The position numbers were made by a program, and so were the translations under genes. 64,000 nucleotides of DNA from Candidatus Aenigmatarchaeota archaeon (GTDB taxonomy: Archaea; Aenigmatarchaeota; Aenigmatarchaeia; CG10238-14; SCSR01), in the NCBI GenBank assembly GCA_038998335.1, contig JAVZHQ010000001.1, positions 96,001-160,000 of the forward strand, read 5' to 3'. This document shows positions 19,395 through 28,165 of this stretch, piece by piece. Under the pieces are notes generated by a model. The model made no database searches. It had not been told where the DNA came from and saw only the letters and a program-made list of their open reading frames with translations. Numbering within the stretch: position 1 is the stretch's first letter; each line of letters opens with the position of its first letter.

Positions 19395-20468
19395 TTAATA
19401 TTCGAATAACTTTAATAGTTTATAAGGTTCTGATTTCTTCAGTATAAATTCGTTGCCATTCTTCTCATACCTTTCCAAAGCTTTTTCTGTAGAAGCATCA
19501 AAAGGTTCAAAATTTTTCACTTCTTTGACAGATAAAGGTAAAGAGACCAGACCAGTTTTTGAATGAACAGAGTAAGGAGCTCTTACCAATCCTAAAGGTT
19601 TCATGCTTGCAGGATCAAGTAATATTTTATCCTCTCTTTCTTCTTTTAGTAAAGTTTCAGAGGTTGTTATTCTTGGAATTTCTTTATCAACTTCTCTTTG
19701 AATTACTCTAACAAAGTCAGAGAATAAGGTGAAATAGTTTCTTTCCCTTTTAGTTTTTCCTCTTAAGGTTAAAGGTTGATAAAATTCAGGAATTTCAAAT
19801 TCTTTTATAAGGCTCCAAATTTGAAAGCCTCTTGACCCTGAAAATTTCATGGCTGGGTTTAAGTCCAATTTTTCAAAAATCTTATAGGTTATTTCTGCTA
19901 CTTCTTTTGTTCTTTCCCAGGAAACTTTTGGTCCTGGATCAATGTCGACAACAAGCCAGTCAGGCTTGTTAATTCCAATTCTGTGAACACAAGGAATCAC
20001 ATCAATATAATGAATGTTGATGAAAAAAAGCAAATCTTTTACAGAATTTAGAACGATTTTTTTGCCTCTAAAATCCCTCCTAAAAAATCGTTTCTCAGTG
20101 AATAATGCGTAAAATCCTACGTATCTATTCTTACAAAATTCAAAAACAGTATCAGCAACGAAAGGATAGTACTGTTTTGCTTTGTAAACAATTACCCAAG
20201 GCTCGTTCACTTTTCTTAAATCTTGTTCAACTTCCTTTATTCTTTTTTCAAAAAATTCTTTCCCTTTTTCTGTTACCCCATAAAGTCCTTTTACTTCTTC
20301 CAAAAAACCTTCCTTTATTAGATTTTTAAGAATTTTTCTAATTTCTTCGTCAGAAAATTTTTTTAGATCACGAGAAACCTTTTCTTTTACGTGATTAAAA
20401 TCAACTCTCTTTCCTACCCCTTTCATGGAAAACATGAGCAAGAGGTAATCTTCAAGTTTGACAGGCAT
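19395..20468 (-). CDS. AEP-superfamily primase-polymerase (LigD POL-like) with N-terminal winged helix
   Basis: PDWLVVDIDPG (DxD), KFSGSRGFQIW, ILLD..., RAPYSV..KTGLVSLPL; N-terminal YGVTEKGKE wHTH. Confidence 0.8.
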   Translation of the reverse strand: MPVKLEDYLLLMFSMKGVGKRVDFNHVKEKVSRDLKKFSDEEIRKILKNLIKEGFLEEVKGLYGVTEKGKEFFEKRIKEVEQDLRKVNEPWVIVYKAKQYYPFVADTVFEFCKNRYVGFYALFTEKRFFRRDFRGKKIVLNSVKDLLFFINIHYIDVIPCVHRIGINKPDWLVVDIDPGPKVSWERTKEVAEITYKIFEKLDLNPAMKFSGSRGFQIWSLIKEFEIPEFYQPLTLRGKTKRERNYFTLFSDFVRVIQREVDKEIPRITTSETLLKEEREDKILLDPASMKPLGLVRAPYSVHSKTGLVSLPLSVKEVKNFEPFDASTEKALERYEKNGNEFILKKSEPYKLLKLFEY

Positions 20469-20502
20469 ATTTTTAAATTATAGCTAGAATATAAATTTTA
20501 TT

Positions 20503-21471
20503 TTGGTTGATGTTATGTACGATGTGATAATAATCGGAGGAGCAGCAGCAGGCTTAACAGCAGGAATTTATGCAGGAAGAAGAAAGCTAAAAACTTTAAT
20601 TTTAACAAAAGATATAGGTGGGCAAGCAAGCTTGGCTTTTCAAGTTGAAAATTACCCAGGCTTTTTAAAAATTCCAGGTTTTGAGTTAATGCAGAAGTTT
20701 TATCAGCAAGCTATAAACTCAGGGGCAGAAGTAATTTTTGAAGAAGTTTTGGAAATAAAAGAAAAGGGAAAGAATTACTTGGTTAAAACGGCAAGCAAAG
20801 AGTACGAAACTAAGGCAGTGATTCTAGCTTTTGGAAAAACCCCTAGAAGCTTGAATGTACCAGGAGAAAAGGAATTTTTGGGAAAAGGAGTTTCTTATTG
20901 TGCAGTTTGTGACTTACCTTTGTTTAAAGGAAAAACTATAGCAATAATCGGAGGAGGAAATTCTGCTCTTGATGCTGCTTTGAACGGAAGTGAGATAGCT
21001 TCAAAAGTCTATTTGATTCACAGAAGGAAAGAGTTTAGAGGTTTTGAAGAGCTTGTTGAAAAAGTAAGGAAAAAGAAAAATGTTGAGTTTGTTTTAGATA
21101 GCGTGGTAAAAGAAATAAAGGGTAAAAAGTTTGTTGAAGCGATAATAGTCAAGAATGTTTTAACAGAAGAAGAAAGAGAAATAAAGGTTGATGGCGTATT
21201 TGTTGAAATTGGTTTTGAAACAAAAATAGATTTTGTAAGAGAGTTGGTAAAAATCGATCAAAACAACCAAATAGTTGTGAACAAAAAATGTGAAACTTTT
21301 TATCCTAATAGCGATAAAATCAGGCCAGGAATTTTTGCAGCAGGTGATTTAACTGACAATCCTTTTAAGCAAATAATTACTTCTGCCGCCGAAGGAGCAA
21401 AAGCAGCTTTACAAGCTTATAATTATATAAAAGGAATTGATGTTCCTGTAACAACTGATTGGGGGCATTAG
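20503..21471 (+). CDS. trxB: Thioredoxin reductase
   Basis: IIGGAAAGLTAG, GVSYCAVCD, GGGNSA, GIFAAGD. Confidence 0.93.
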   Translation: MVDVMYDVIIIGGAAAGLTAGIYAGRRKLKTLILTKDIGGQASLAFQVENYPGFLKIPGFELMQKFYQQAINSGAEVIFEEVLEIKEKGKNYLVKTASKEYETKAVILAFGKTPRSLNVPGEKEFLGKGVSYCAVCDLPLFKGKTIAIIGGGNSALDAALNGSEIASKVYLIHRRKEFRGFEELVEKVRKKKNVEFVLDSVVKEIKGKKFVEAIIVKNVLTEEEREIKVDGVFVEIGFETKIDFVRELVKIDQNNQIVVNKKCETFYPNSDKIRPGIFAAGDLTDNPFKQIITSAAEGAKAALQAYNYIKGIDVPVTTDWGH

Positions 21472-21472
21472 T

Positions 21473-22579
21473 ATGATAGAAAAATTTGCAGACGAATTTG
21501 GACCTGAAAAAGTTGTTGAAGTTTATAACCCAAAAGTTGGACTTAAAGGAATTCTTGTGATAGATTCGACAGCCCGCGGCCCAGGAAAGGGAGGAATAAG
21601 AATGACTCCTACAGTAAGCGTGGAAGAAGTTTTTAGGTTAGCAAGGGTAATGACATGGAAAACTGCCTTAGCTGATTTACCTTTTGGAGGAGCAAAGTCT
21701 GGAATAATAGCAAACCCAAAAGAAATTTCTTTAGAAAAGAAAAAAGAATTGCTTTTCGAGTTTGGAAAAGCCTTGAAACCTTTTTGTCCAAAATATTACA
21801 TAGCTGCTCCTGATGTAAACACAGGAGAAGAAGAGATGAGATGGTTTGTTGAAGGTAACGGTTCTTTAAAATCAGCTACAGGAAAGCCAAAGGATTTAGG
21901 AGGCTTACCACATGAGCTTGGTTCAACAGGCTATGGTGTTGCAGTTTCCACTTTGATTGCTTGCAAGCATGCAAGATTAAAAATAAATAATGCAAGAGTA
22001 GCTATAGAAGGTTTTGGCAACGTTGCAACTTTTGCTTTCAAGCATTTAGCTCAGCATGGAGCAAAAATTATAGCAGTAAGCGATAGCAAAGGCTGTATTT
22101 ATGACGAAGCAGGTTTAAACTTTGAAGAATTGCTAAAAGTTAAAAAGGAAACAGGAAGTGTGACAAATTATCAAAAAGGAAAAGTTTTAAAAAACGAGGA
22201 ACTTTTTGGTTTGGATTGTGACGTATTAATTCCAGCAGCTTTATCAGACTCTATAAACGAAAGCAATTATGAGAAAATAAAAGCAAAAATTATAGTTGAA
22301 GCTGCTAATATAGCAATAACAAAAAAAGCAGAGGAAGAGCTTTTTAAAAGAGGGGTTTTAATAGTTCCTGATTTTGTTGCAAACGCTGGAGGAGTAATTT
22401 CTTCTTACGCAGAATATAGAGGTTATGATGAAAACAAGATGTTCAAGCTTGTTGAGAGAAAGATAAAGAAAAACACAAAGCTAGTTTTGAAAAGAGCAAA
22501 AGAAAAGCAAATAAAACCAAGAGAAGCTGCTATGGAATTAGCAAAGGAAAGGGTAAGAGAAGCGATGGAATCAAGATGA
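21473..22579 (+). CDS. gdhA: Glutamate dehydrogenase (Glu/Leu/Phe/Val family)
   Basis: GPGKGGIR, LPFGGAKSGI, APDVNT, EGFGNV, VPDFVANAGGV. Confidence 0.9.
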   Translation: MIEKFADEFGPEKVVEVYNPKVGLKGILVIDSTARGPGKGGIRMTPTVSVEEVFRLARVMTWKTALADLPFGGAKSGIIANPKEISLEKKKELLFEFGKALKPFCPKYYIAAPDVNTGEEEMRWFVEGNGSLKSATGKPKDLGGLPHELGSTGYGVAVSTLIACKHARLKINNARVAIEGFGNVATFAFKHLAQHGAKIIAVSDSKGCIYDEAGLNFEELLKVKKETGSVTNYQKGKVLKNEELFGLDCDVLIPAALSDSINESNYEKIKAKIIVEAANIAITKKAEEELFKRGVLIVPDFVANAGGVISSYAEYRGYDENKMFKLVERKIKKNTKLVLKRAKEKQIKPREAAMELAKERVREAMESR

Positions 22580-23274
22580 GAATAGCTATAGTCTCACCAC
22601 TAAAAAAGGAAAGAATTTTAAGAGTTGCCAAAAAGTTTGGTTTTGAGATTAGCGATAAGAAACCTGAGCTAGTAGTTTGCTACGGAGGAGATGGAACAAT
22701 ATTGTATGCTGAAAGGGTTTTTCCAGGAATTCTTAAGCTTGTGATAAAAAAGCCTACAAGTGTTTGTAAAAAATGTGAGTATAAGTTGAGCGAGCTAAAC
22801 AAGGTTTTGAGGGAAGTATCAAAAAGGAATTATGAGATAGTAGAAGAAGTGAAGCTTGAAGCTAGGGTAAAAGGAAAAAAGCTTTTTGCTTTAAACGAAA
22901 TTCAACTTCACAATAAAAACCCAGCAAGAGCTATAAAATTTTCTGTTTATGCTGAAGGAAGAAAATTTGAAAACTTGCTTGGCGATGGTGTAATAGTTTC
23001 AACGCCTTATGGTTCAACAGCTTACTATTCTTCAACAGGAGGAAAACCGTTTAAAAAAGGGATCGGAATTTCTTTCAACAATCTGCATAGGAAAAAAATC
23101 AAGAGTTTTGTTATTCCGGAAAATTCTTCGGTAAGAATAAAAGTTTTGAGAGGTCCTGCCTTGGTTTTGGCTGATAATTACGAGAAATTTGTTGAAATTT
23201 TGAAAGGAAGAGTTGAGATTAAAAAAGCAAAAGAAAAGGCAAGGTTTGTGAAGATAAATTTAAATAAAAAATGA
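22576..23274 (+). CDS. nadK: NAD(+) kinase
   Basis: GGDGT, ALNE, GDGVIVSTPYGSTAY. Confidence 0.9.
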   Translation: MRIAIVSPLKKERILRVAKKFGFEISDKKPELVVCYGGDGTILYAERVFPGILKLVIKKPTSVCKKCEYKLSELNKVLREVSKRNYEIVEEVKLEARVKGKKLFALNEIQLHNKNPARAIKFSVYAEGRKFENLLGDGVIVSTPYGSTAYYSSTGGKPFKKGIGISFNNLHRKKIKSFVIPENSSVRIKVLRGPALVLADNYEKFVEILKGRVEIKKAKEKARFVKINLNKK

Positions 23275-23285
23275 AATTTTAAATT

Positions 23286-23495
23286 ATGGCAGTAGTCAAA
23301 GTTATTGAAGTTATAGGAAGTTCTGAAAAAAGCTGGGAAGATGCGGTTCAAAACGCTTTAAAAAGAGCGAGCAAAACAGTAAGGAATATAACAGGAATAG
23401 ATGTTTTGGGTTTTAAAGCTGTTGTTAAGGACAATAAAATAGCAGAATACAGAGCCCACATGAAAATTGCTTTTGTAGTTGAGGAGCCTGAATGA
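23286..23495 (+). CDS. Dodecin family protein
   Basis: KVIEVIGSSEKSWEDAVQNALKRASKTVRNI. Confidence 0.92.
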   Translation: MAVVKVIEVIGSSEKSWEDAVQNALKRASKTVRNITGIDVLGFKAVVKDNKIAEYRAHMKIAFVVEEPE

Positions 23496-23728
23496 ACAAG
23501 CAAAAAATACTAGAGATTGTAAGAAAGTGGAAGATAAGCAAAAAACCTGAGTACAGAAGTTTTAGATGTGCTAAGTGTCAAAGAGTAATAAGAAAAGCTT
23601 GGCATGTTTGGTTAGAAAATAAAGGGTTTAAAATAGAGGTTCATTTTTGCAAGAAATGTTTTAAGAATAGGAATAAGTTTTTTAATTTTTATCTTCAGCG
23701 ATACTTGTTTTTACCAGACAAGCATTAG
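23492..23728 (+). CDS. Small zinc-finger protein
   Basis: CAKC...HFCKKC; ATGA overlap with dodecin. Confidence 0.55.
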   Translation: MNKQKILEIVRKWKISKKPEYRSFRCAKCQRVIRKAWHVWLENKGFKIEVHFCKKCFKNRNKFFNFYLQRYLFLPDKH

Positions 23729-23764
23729 GAAAAATTTAAATAGTTATGTTGGCAATTTTAAAGA

Positions 23765-24604
23765 ATGAAATTTAATCAAAGCTTAGCGACTATTCACGCA
23801 TACTTATGCGCAGATGGTTATGTAATAACCAATCCACCTACTCAAAAGCATAAATATTATTATATTGGTTTAAGAAATACGAACGAAATAATTTTACAAG
23901 ATTTTCAAAAGAATTTTGAAAGGGCATTTGGAATAAAACCAATAATTACAAAAGAAAAAGATAGATGCAAAATTCAAAATAAAAATTTATTTTTAAAACT
24001 CACAAAAAACTTTTCATTTTACTCAGATAAGTGGACCATGCCAAAGCTTTCATTAAAAGGATTAAGGTGTTGGTTGAGAGCTTTTTTCGACTGTGAAGCA
24101 TGGGTTAATGTTCAGAAAGGTAAAAGTAGAGTAATAGGATTAGAATCTGTTAACAAAAATGGCCTGGAACAAATTAGAAATTCTTTGCTTAAATTTGGGA
24201 TTAAGGTATCTAATGTAAAAAAAAGGAAGAATAGGAATATTTGGTATATTTACATTTGTGGTAAGGAAAATCTTCTAAAATTCAAAGAAAATATTGGATT
24301 TTTACACCCAAATAAAAACAAAAAACTCTTAGAAGCTATTAATTCATATATAAATTACGAATGGTTGATACCAAGTGAAAGAGAAGAATTTATCAAATTT
24401 GTGAATGATAAAGGGAAGTTAAGAAATGATACAAAAGAAGTTAGATTCTTTTCAATCATCAAAGATAATTTAATAAGATTAAAAGAAGAGTTAATAAAGT
24501 ATGGTATTGATGCAAGGATGTATGGTCCCTGGAAAAATAATAGGGGAAGAATTTATTATTGTTTATCTTTTAAGCAAAAAGAATTAATTAAATTAAGGAG
24601 GTGA
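23765..24604 (+). CDS. Free-standing LAGLIDADG homing-endonuclease-like protein
   Basis: Two LAGLIDADG-like helices IHAYLCADG and WLRAFFDCEA; FKENIGFLHPNK; no intein splice residues; TTTAAATA box about 25 nt upstream; GTGA overlap with rtcB. Confidence 0.85.
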   Translation: MKFNQSLATIHAYLCADGYVITNPPTQKHKYYYIGLRNTNEIILQDFQKNFERAFGIKPIITKEKDRCKIQNKNLFLKLTKNFSFYSDKWTMPKLSLKGLRCWLRAFFDCEAWVNVQKGKSRVIGLESVNKNGLEQIRNSLLKFGIKVSNVKKRKNRNIWYIYICGKENLLKFKENIGFLHPNKNKKLLEAINSYINYEWLIPSEREEFIKFVNDKGKLRNDTKEVRFFSIIKDNLIRLKEELIKYGIDARMYGPWKNNRGRIYYCLSFKQKELIKLRR

Positions 24605-26076
24605 GAAAGATAAGGCTTAAAGAAAGGTTAAGAAAAATTGGCCCTTGTCTATGGGAATTACCAAGGGAAACAAAGCCGGGAATGAAAGTACCAGCATGGC
24701 TTTTCTTGTCAGAAAAGCTTTTAAGTCAAGTAGAAGAGGGAGCGATAGAGCAGGCAGCCAATGTAGCTTTCTTACCAGGAATTTACAAGCATAGTATAGC
24801 ACTCCCTGATATGCATTTCGGCTATAGCTTATAAAGCGGCTAAGGATTTCCTATCGGGGGGGTTGCAGCTTTAGATTATAAAGAAGGCGGCTTAAGTCCA
24901 GGAGGTATAGGCTTTGATATCAATTGTGGCGTAAGACTTTTGCGTACAAACCTAACATTAGAGCAAGTAAAACCAAAACTTAAGGAATTGCTAGAATCAA
25001 TTTTCCATAACGTTCCTTCTGGTGTTGGCGAAGTTGGAAAAATTAAGCTAAGCTTTTCTGAGCTAGATGAAGTTTTAGTCAATGGAGCAAGATGGGCCGT
25101 TGAAAAAGGTTACGGAACCGAAAAGGATTTGGAGCACTTGGAAGAGCAGGGTTGCATGAAAGGTGCAAACCCAGAAAAAGTTTCTAACGAAGCAAAAAAG
25201 AGAGGAGCTCCTCAGCTTGGTACTCTAGGAGCAGGAAATCATTTTCTTGAAATTCAAATTGTGAATAAAATATTTTTACCAGAAGTTGCGAAAGTTTTTG
25301 GAATAGAAAAGGAAAATCAGATTTGCGTGATGATCCATACCGGAAGTCGTGGATTTGGTCATCAAGTTTGTACTGATTATTTAAGAATTTTGGAATCTAG
25401 GTTTAGAGATGAGCTAAGAAAATTACCTGACCGCGAGCTAGTTTATGCTCCTGCTGGAACTCAAGAATGTGAAGATTATTTTTCTGCAATGGTTTGTGCT
25501 GCAAACTATGCTTGGACTAATAGGCAAATGATTGCTCATTGGGTAAGGGAAAGTTTTGTAAAAGTTTTAGGAATGAAATTGGAAGATATAGGCTTGGAAA
25601 CAGTTTATGATGTGGCTCATAACATAGGGAAAATAGAAGAGCATGAAATAGACGGAAAAAAAGTTAAGGTTTATGTTCATAGAAAAGGTGCTACAAGAGC
25701 ATTTCCTCCTGGGCATCCAGAAATCCCAAGAGATCATCAAAAAGTAGGGCAATGCGTACTTATTCCAGCTAGCATGGCTACCCCTAGCTTCGTTTTAGTT
25801 GGAGCAGAAACCGCAAAAGAAACATTTTACTCTACTGCCCATGGCTCCGGGCGTGTAGAGTCCAGAACAAAAGCACTTAAGCAGATTAGAGGCGAAGAAG
25901 TCTTAAGACAATTGCAACAAAAAGGTATACTAGCTAAGGCCGCCAGCATGAAAGTTCTCGCTGAAGAGAGGCCAGAAGCTTATAAGCTATCGACAGAAGT
26001 TGTAAAAGCAACAGAAGAAGCAGGCATAAGTAAGCGTGTAGTAGAATTGTGGCCTTTAGCTGTGATGAAGGGTTAA
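24601..26076 (+). CDS. rtcB: tRNA-splicing ligase RtcB, join(24601..24825,24844..26076), 485 aa after intron removal
   Basis: ORF-track pieces 24601-24834 and 24940-26076 are in one frame; removing 24826-24843 gives LPDMHFGYGFPIGG...GFDINCGVR, QLGTLGAGNHFLE, HTGSRGFGHQ, HRKGATRAF, HGSGR. Confidence 0.95.
24826..24843 (+). other. 18-nt bulge-helix-bulge (BHB) intron in rtcB mRNA
   Basis: AGCTTATAAAGCGGCTAA with two in-frame TAA; central helix GGCU(24820-23)/GGCU(24838-41), bulges AU^A and AA^G, intron hairpin GCUU-AUA-AAGC, exon stem 24802-11/24852-61. Confidence 0.9.
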
Positions 26077-26077
26077 A

Positions 26078-26200
26078 TTACCTAAAAGTTTTGTCAACCC
26101 CCTTGTTCAATTTTTCAGAATGAAATTCACACTCAAAACAGACCCATTCACCTAAAATTTTAGTTAAGCTTTTATTCCCGCAGTTTGGACATTTTCTCAT
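26078..26200 (-). CDS. CPxCG-type zinc-ribbon microprotein, 40 aa
   Basis: Manual translation MRKCPNCGNKSLTKILGEWVCFECEFHSEKLNKGVDKTFR. Confidence 0.65.
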   Translation of the reverse strand: MRKCPNCGNKSLTKILGEWVCFECEFHSEKLNKGVDKTFR

Positions 26201-26245
26201 ATTAATTTAAATACTCTTGAAAAAGATTAAGTTAAAGGTGAGAAA

Positions 26246-26524
26246 ATGCTCTCTCAAATACCTTTTGAACTTGAGAAAATAAAGAAAGAAGACTTGGAAA
26301 AAGAAATAGCAAGAGTTGGGATGATAGCAGAGCTAGATGCTATAAATTTATACGAGCAACTAGCAGCTGTTTGTGAAGATCAAAAAATGAAGAAAGTCTT
26401 GCTGGATATAGCAAAAGAAGAGAAAACTCATCTCGGCGAGTTTCAAGCCTTGCTTTTAGAAAAAGATGAAGAGCAACAAGAAGAATTGAAAAAAGGAAAA
26501 GAGGAAGTTGAAGAGTTAAGCTAA
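26246..26524 (+). CDS. Ferritin-like protein (rubrerythrin / encapsulin-cargo Flp type)
   Basis: AELDAINLYEQLA...DIAKEEKTHLGEF di-iron ligands; GGTGA RBS. Confidence 0.85.
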   Translation: MLSQIPFELEKIKKEDLEKEIARVGMIAELDAINLYEQLAAVCEDQKMKKVLLDIAKEEKTHLGEFQALLLEKDEEQQEELKKGKEEVEELS

Positions 26525-26937
26525 ATGTCAAGAATAACTTTTGCTTTCCAAACTTTATTTTTTTTAATTTTTAGCTGGTGATAGGTACAAGCTTTAACGT
26601 GCGTTCTAGTTTCATGCTTATTCTTATCTATGGTTTCGCCTTTGCAAATAGCTTCTAGCTTAAATTTTTTCTCATTAACTTTTACCGAAAATTCAGAAAA
26701 AGCTAAGTTTTCCGAATCAACAAAAACTAGCAAATAATTTAGCCAGTTAAACATTAAAGATTCTAAGTCTGAACCTTCGACCTCAACTTTTCTTTCAATT
26801 TTTGTTTCTATTTGCTTAGTGTTAACCATTACTTCAAACATTGCTAAGGCTGCATTTTCAAACAACTCGTTCAAATCTTTACCATAAGCTTCAAAGGCTA
26901 TGTCTGCTGTTGTTATGTCCAAAAACTTAAACTTCAT
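26521..26937 (-). CDS. Archease (RtcB activator)
   Basis: FLDITTADIAFEAYG, FENAA.AMF, VKACTYH, VILDI. Confidence 0.93.
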   Translation of the reverse strand: MKFKFLDITTADIAFEAYGKDLNELFENAALAMFEVMVNTKQIETKIERKVEVEGSDLESLMFNWLNYLLVFVDSENLAFSEFSVKVNEKKFKLEAICKGETIDKNKHETRTHVKACTYHQLKIKKNKVWKAKVILDI

Positions 26938-26992
26938 ACTTTAAAATTGGTTTTTAAGCTAAAAAATTAAATATTAATACTTTTTAGGCTTA

Positions 26993-28129
26993 TTGGTAAT
27001 CATGGAAAGAATACCGAAAGCTTTGTTAGAAGTAGAAAATTATATGAAAGTTAACCTTATAGAAACTTTTGGAATTCCTAAGGAAAACGAGCAAATGGGT
27101 TTAGCTATAGAGGAATACTTAAGCAGGGGAGGAAAATACCTTAGGCCAGGTTTGGTTTGGTCGACAGTTAAAGCATATGAAGTAAGAAAACCAGAAGATT
27201 CCATCTGGGCAGCGATTTCATTAAGCTTCGATCATAACTGGTTTTTGATTCACGATGATATAGAAGACAATTCAAGGCTAAGAAGAGGAAAGCCTTGTTT
27301 ACACATACTTTATGGAATAGATAATGCAATAAATTATGGCGATTACTTAAGAACTTTAGCAGAAATGGCTTTGGAAAAAGGAAAGAAAAATTGGGGGCTT
27401 AAAACTTATTCAAAACTTATTTCTGCAAGACAGGAAATGCTTAAAACAACTTGTGAAGGACAAGACTTAGAGTTTGTCTTAAGGAAAAAACCTTTGAGAG
27501 AAACTACAGAAGAAAAAGTTTTTAAAATCCTAGAGAAAAAGTCAGCTTTCTACACAGTATTTACACCTTACCGCTACGGAGCAATAATTTCAGGAGTAAA
27601 TGATAAGGAAATAGAAGAGCTTAAGCCTGCTTTAATGAAAATAGGAATTGCTTTTCAGATTCAGGATGATGTTCTTGATTTAACAGTAGAGAAAGAACAA
27701 GAAAAAGGTGAAGCTACTTTAAAAGCTCAAAAGTTTGGAAAGGATTGGGCAGGGGATTTGGAGGAAATGAAAAGAACTTTGCTGATAGCAAAAGTTTTAG
27801 AAAAAGCTGATAGCGAAGACAAAAAATACTTGCTAAGAATGTTGGATAATGAGGGAAGGATGAAAAGGCTTGTAGCTATGAGAGATTCTTTAAAAGATAA
27901 AGGTCTGGAAAATTCCTCTCAATATAGAAAAGTTCAAGGAAGAATTGATGAAATTAAGCTAAAAGTCATAGAAATCATGAATAAGTATAGTGTGATAGAT
28001 GAGGCAAAAGAAAAAGCAAAAGAGCTTTATGAGCAAGGAATAGTAAAAGTAGAGGAAGCTTTACCTGCTACTGAAGGAAAAAAAGATGTTTTAGATTTGT
28101 TAAAGTTTGCAGTGTTTAGGCACTTCTAG
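26993..28129 (+). CDS. Polyprenyl diphosphate synthase (GGPP synthase-like)
   Basis: GGKYLRP, LIHDDIED...RRGKP, GQDLE, AFQIQDDVLD. Confidence 0.9.
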   Translation: MVIMERIPKALLEVENYMKVNLIETFGIPKENEQMGLAIEEYLSRGGKYLRPGLVWSTVKAYEVRKPEDSIWAAISLSFDHNWFLIHDDIEDNSRLRRGKPCLHILYGIDNAINYGDYLRTLAEMALEKGKKNWGLKTYSKLISARQEMLKTTCEGQDLEFVLRKKPLRETTEEKVFKILEKKSAFYTVFTPYRYGAIISGVNDKEIEELKPALMKIGIAFQIQDDVLDLTVEKEQEKGEATLKAQKFGKDWAGDLEEMKRTLLIAKVLEKADSEDKKYLLRMLDNEGRMKRLVAMRDSLKDKGLENSSQYRKVQGRIDEIKLKVIEIMNKYSVIDEAKEKAKELYEQGIVKVEEALPATEGKKDVLDLLKFAVFRHF

Positions 28130-28143
28130 AAAAGCTTATAAGT
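28129..28143 (+). promoter_or_regulatory. Putative BRE/TATA promoter of the 28166 RNA
   Basis: GAAAAGC-TTATAAG about 25 nt upstream of the first paired base at 28166. Confidence 0.5.
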
Positions 28144-28165
28144 TGAGAAAAAAATAAAGTTAAAT

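Noticed and set aside
24819-24842. CGGCTA direct repeat as a target-site duplication or slippage product
   Set aside because: Deleting one repeat unit leaves GGC TAA (stop); only the BHB-defined cut restores Tyr-Gly, and the repeat is explained by the self-pairing GGCU helix
24601-26076. rtcB as a pseudogene, or TAA reassignment/readthrough
   Set aside because: The only lesion is an 18-nt insert whose ends coincide with BHB cleavage positions; TAA terminates many genes here, and readthrough would leave 6 extra residues in the active-site motif
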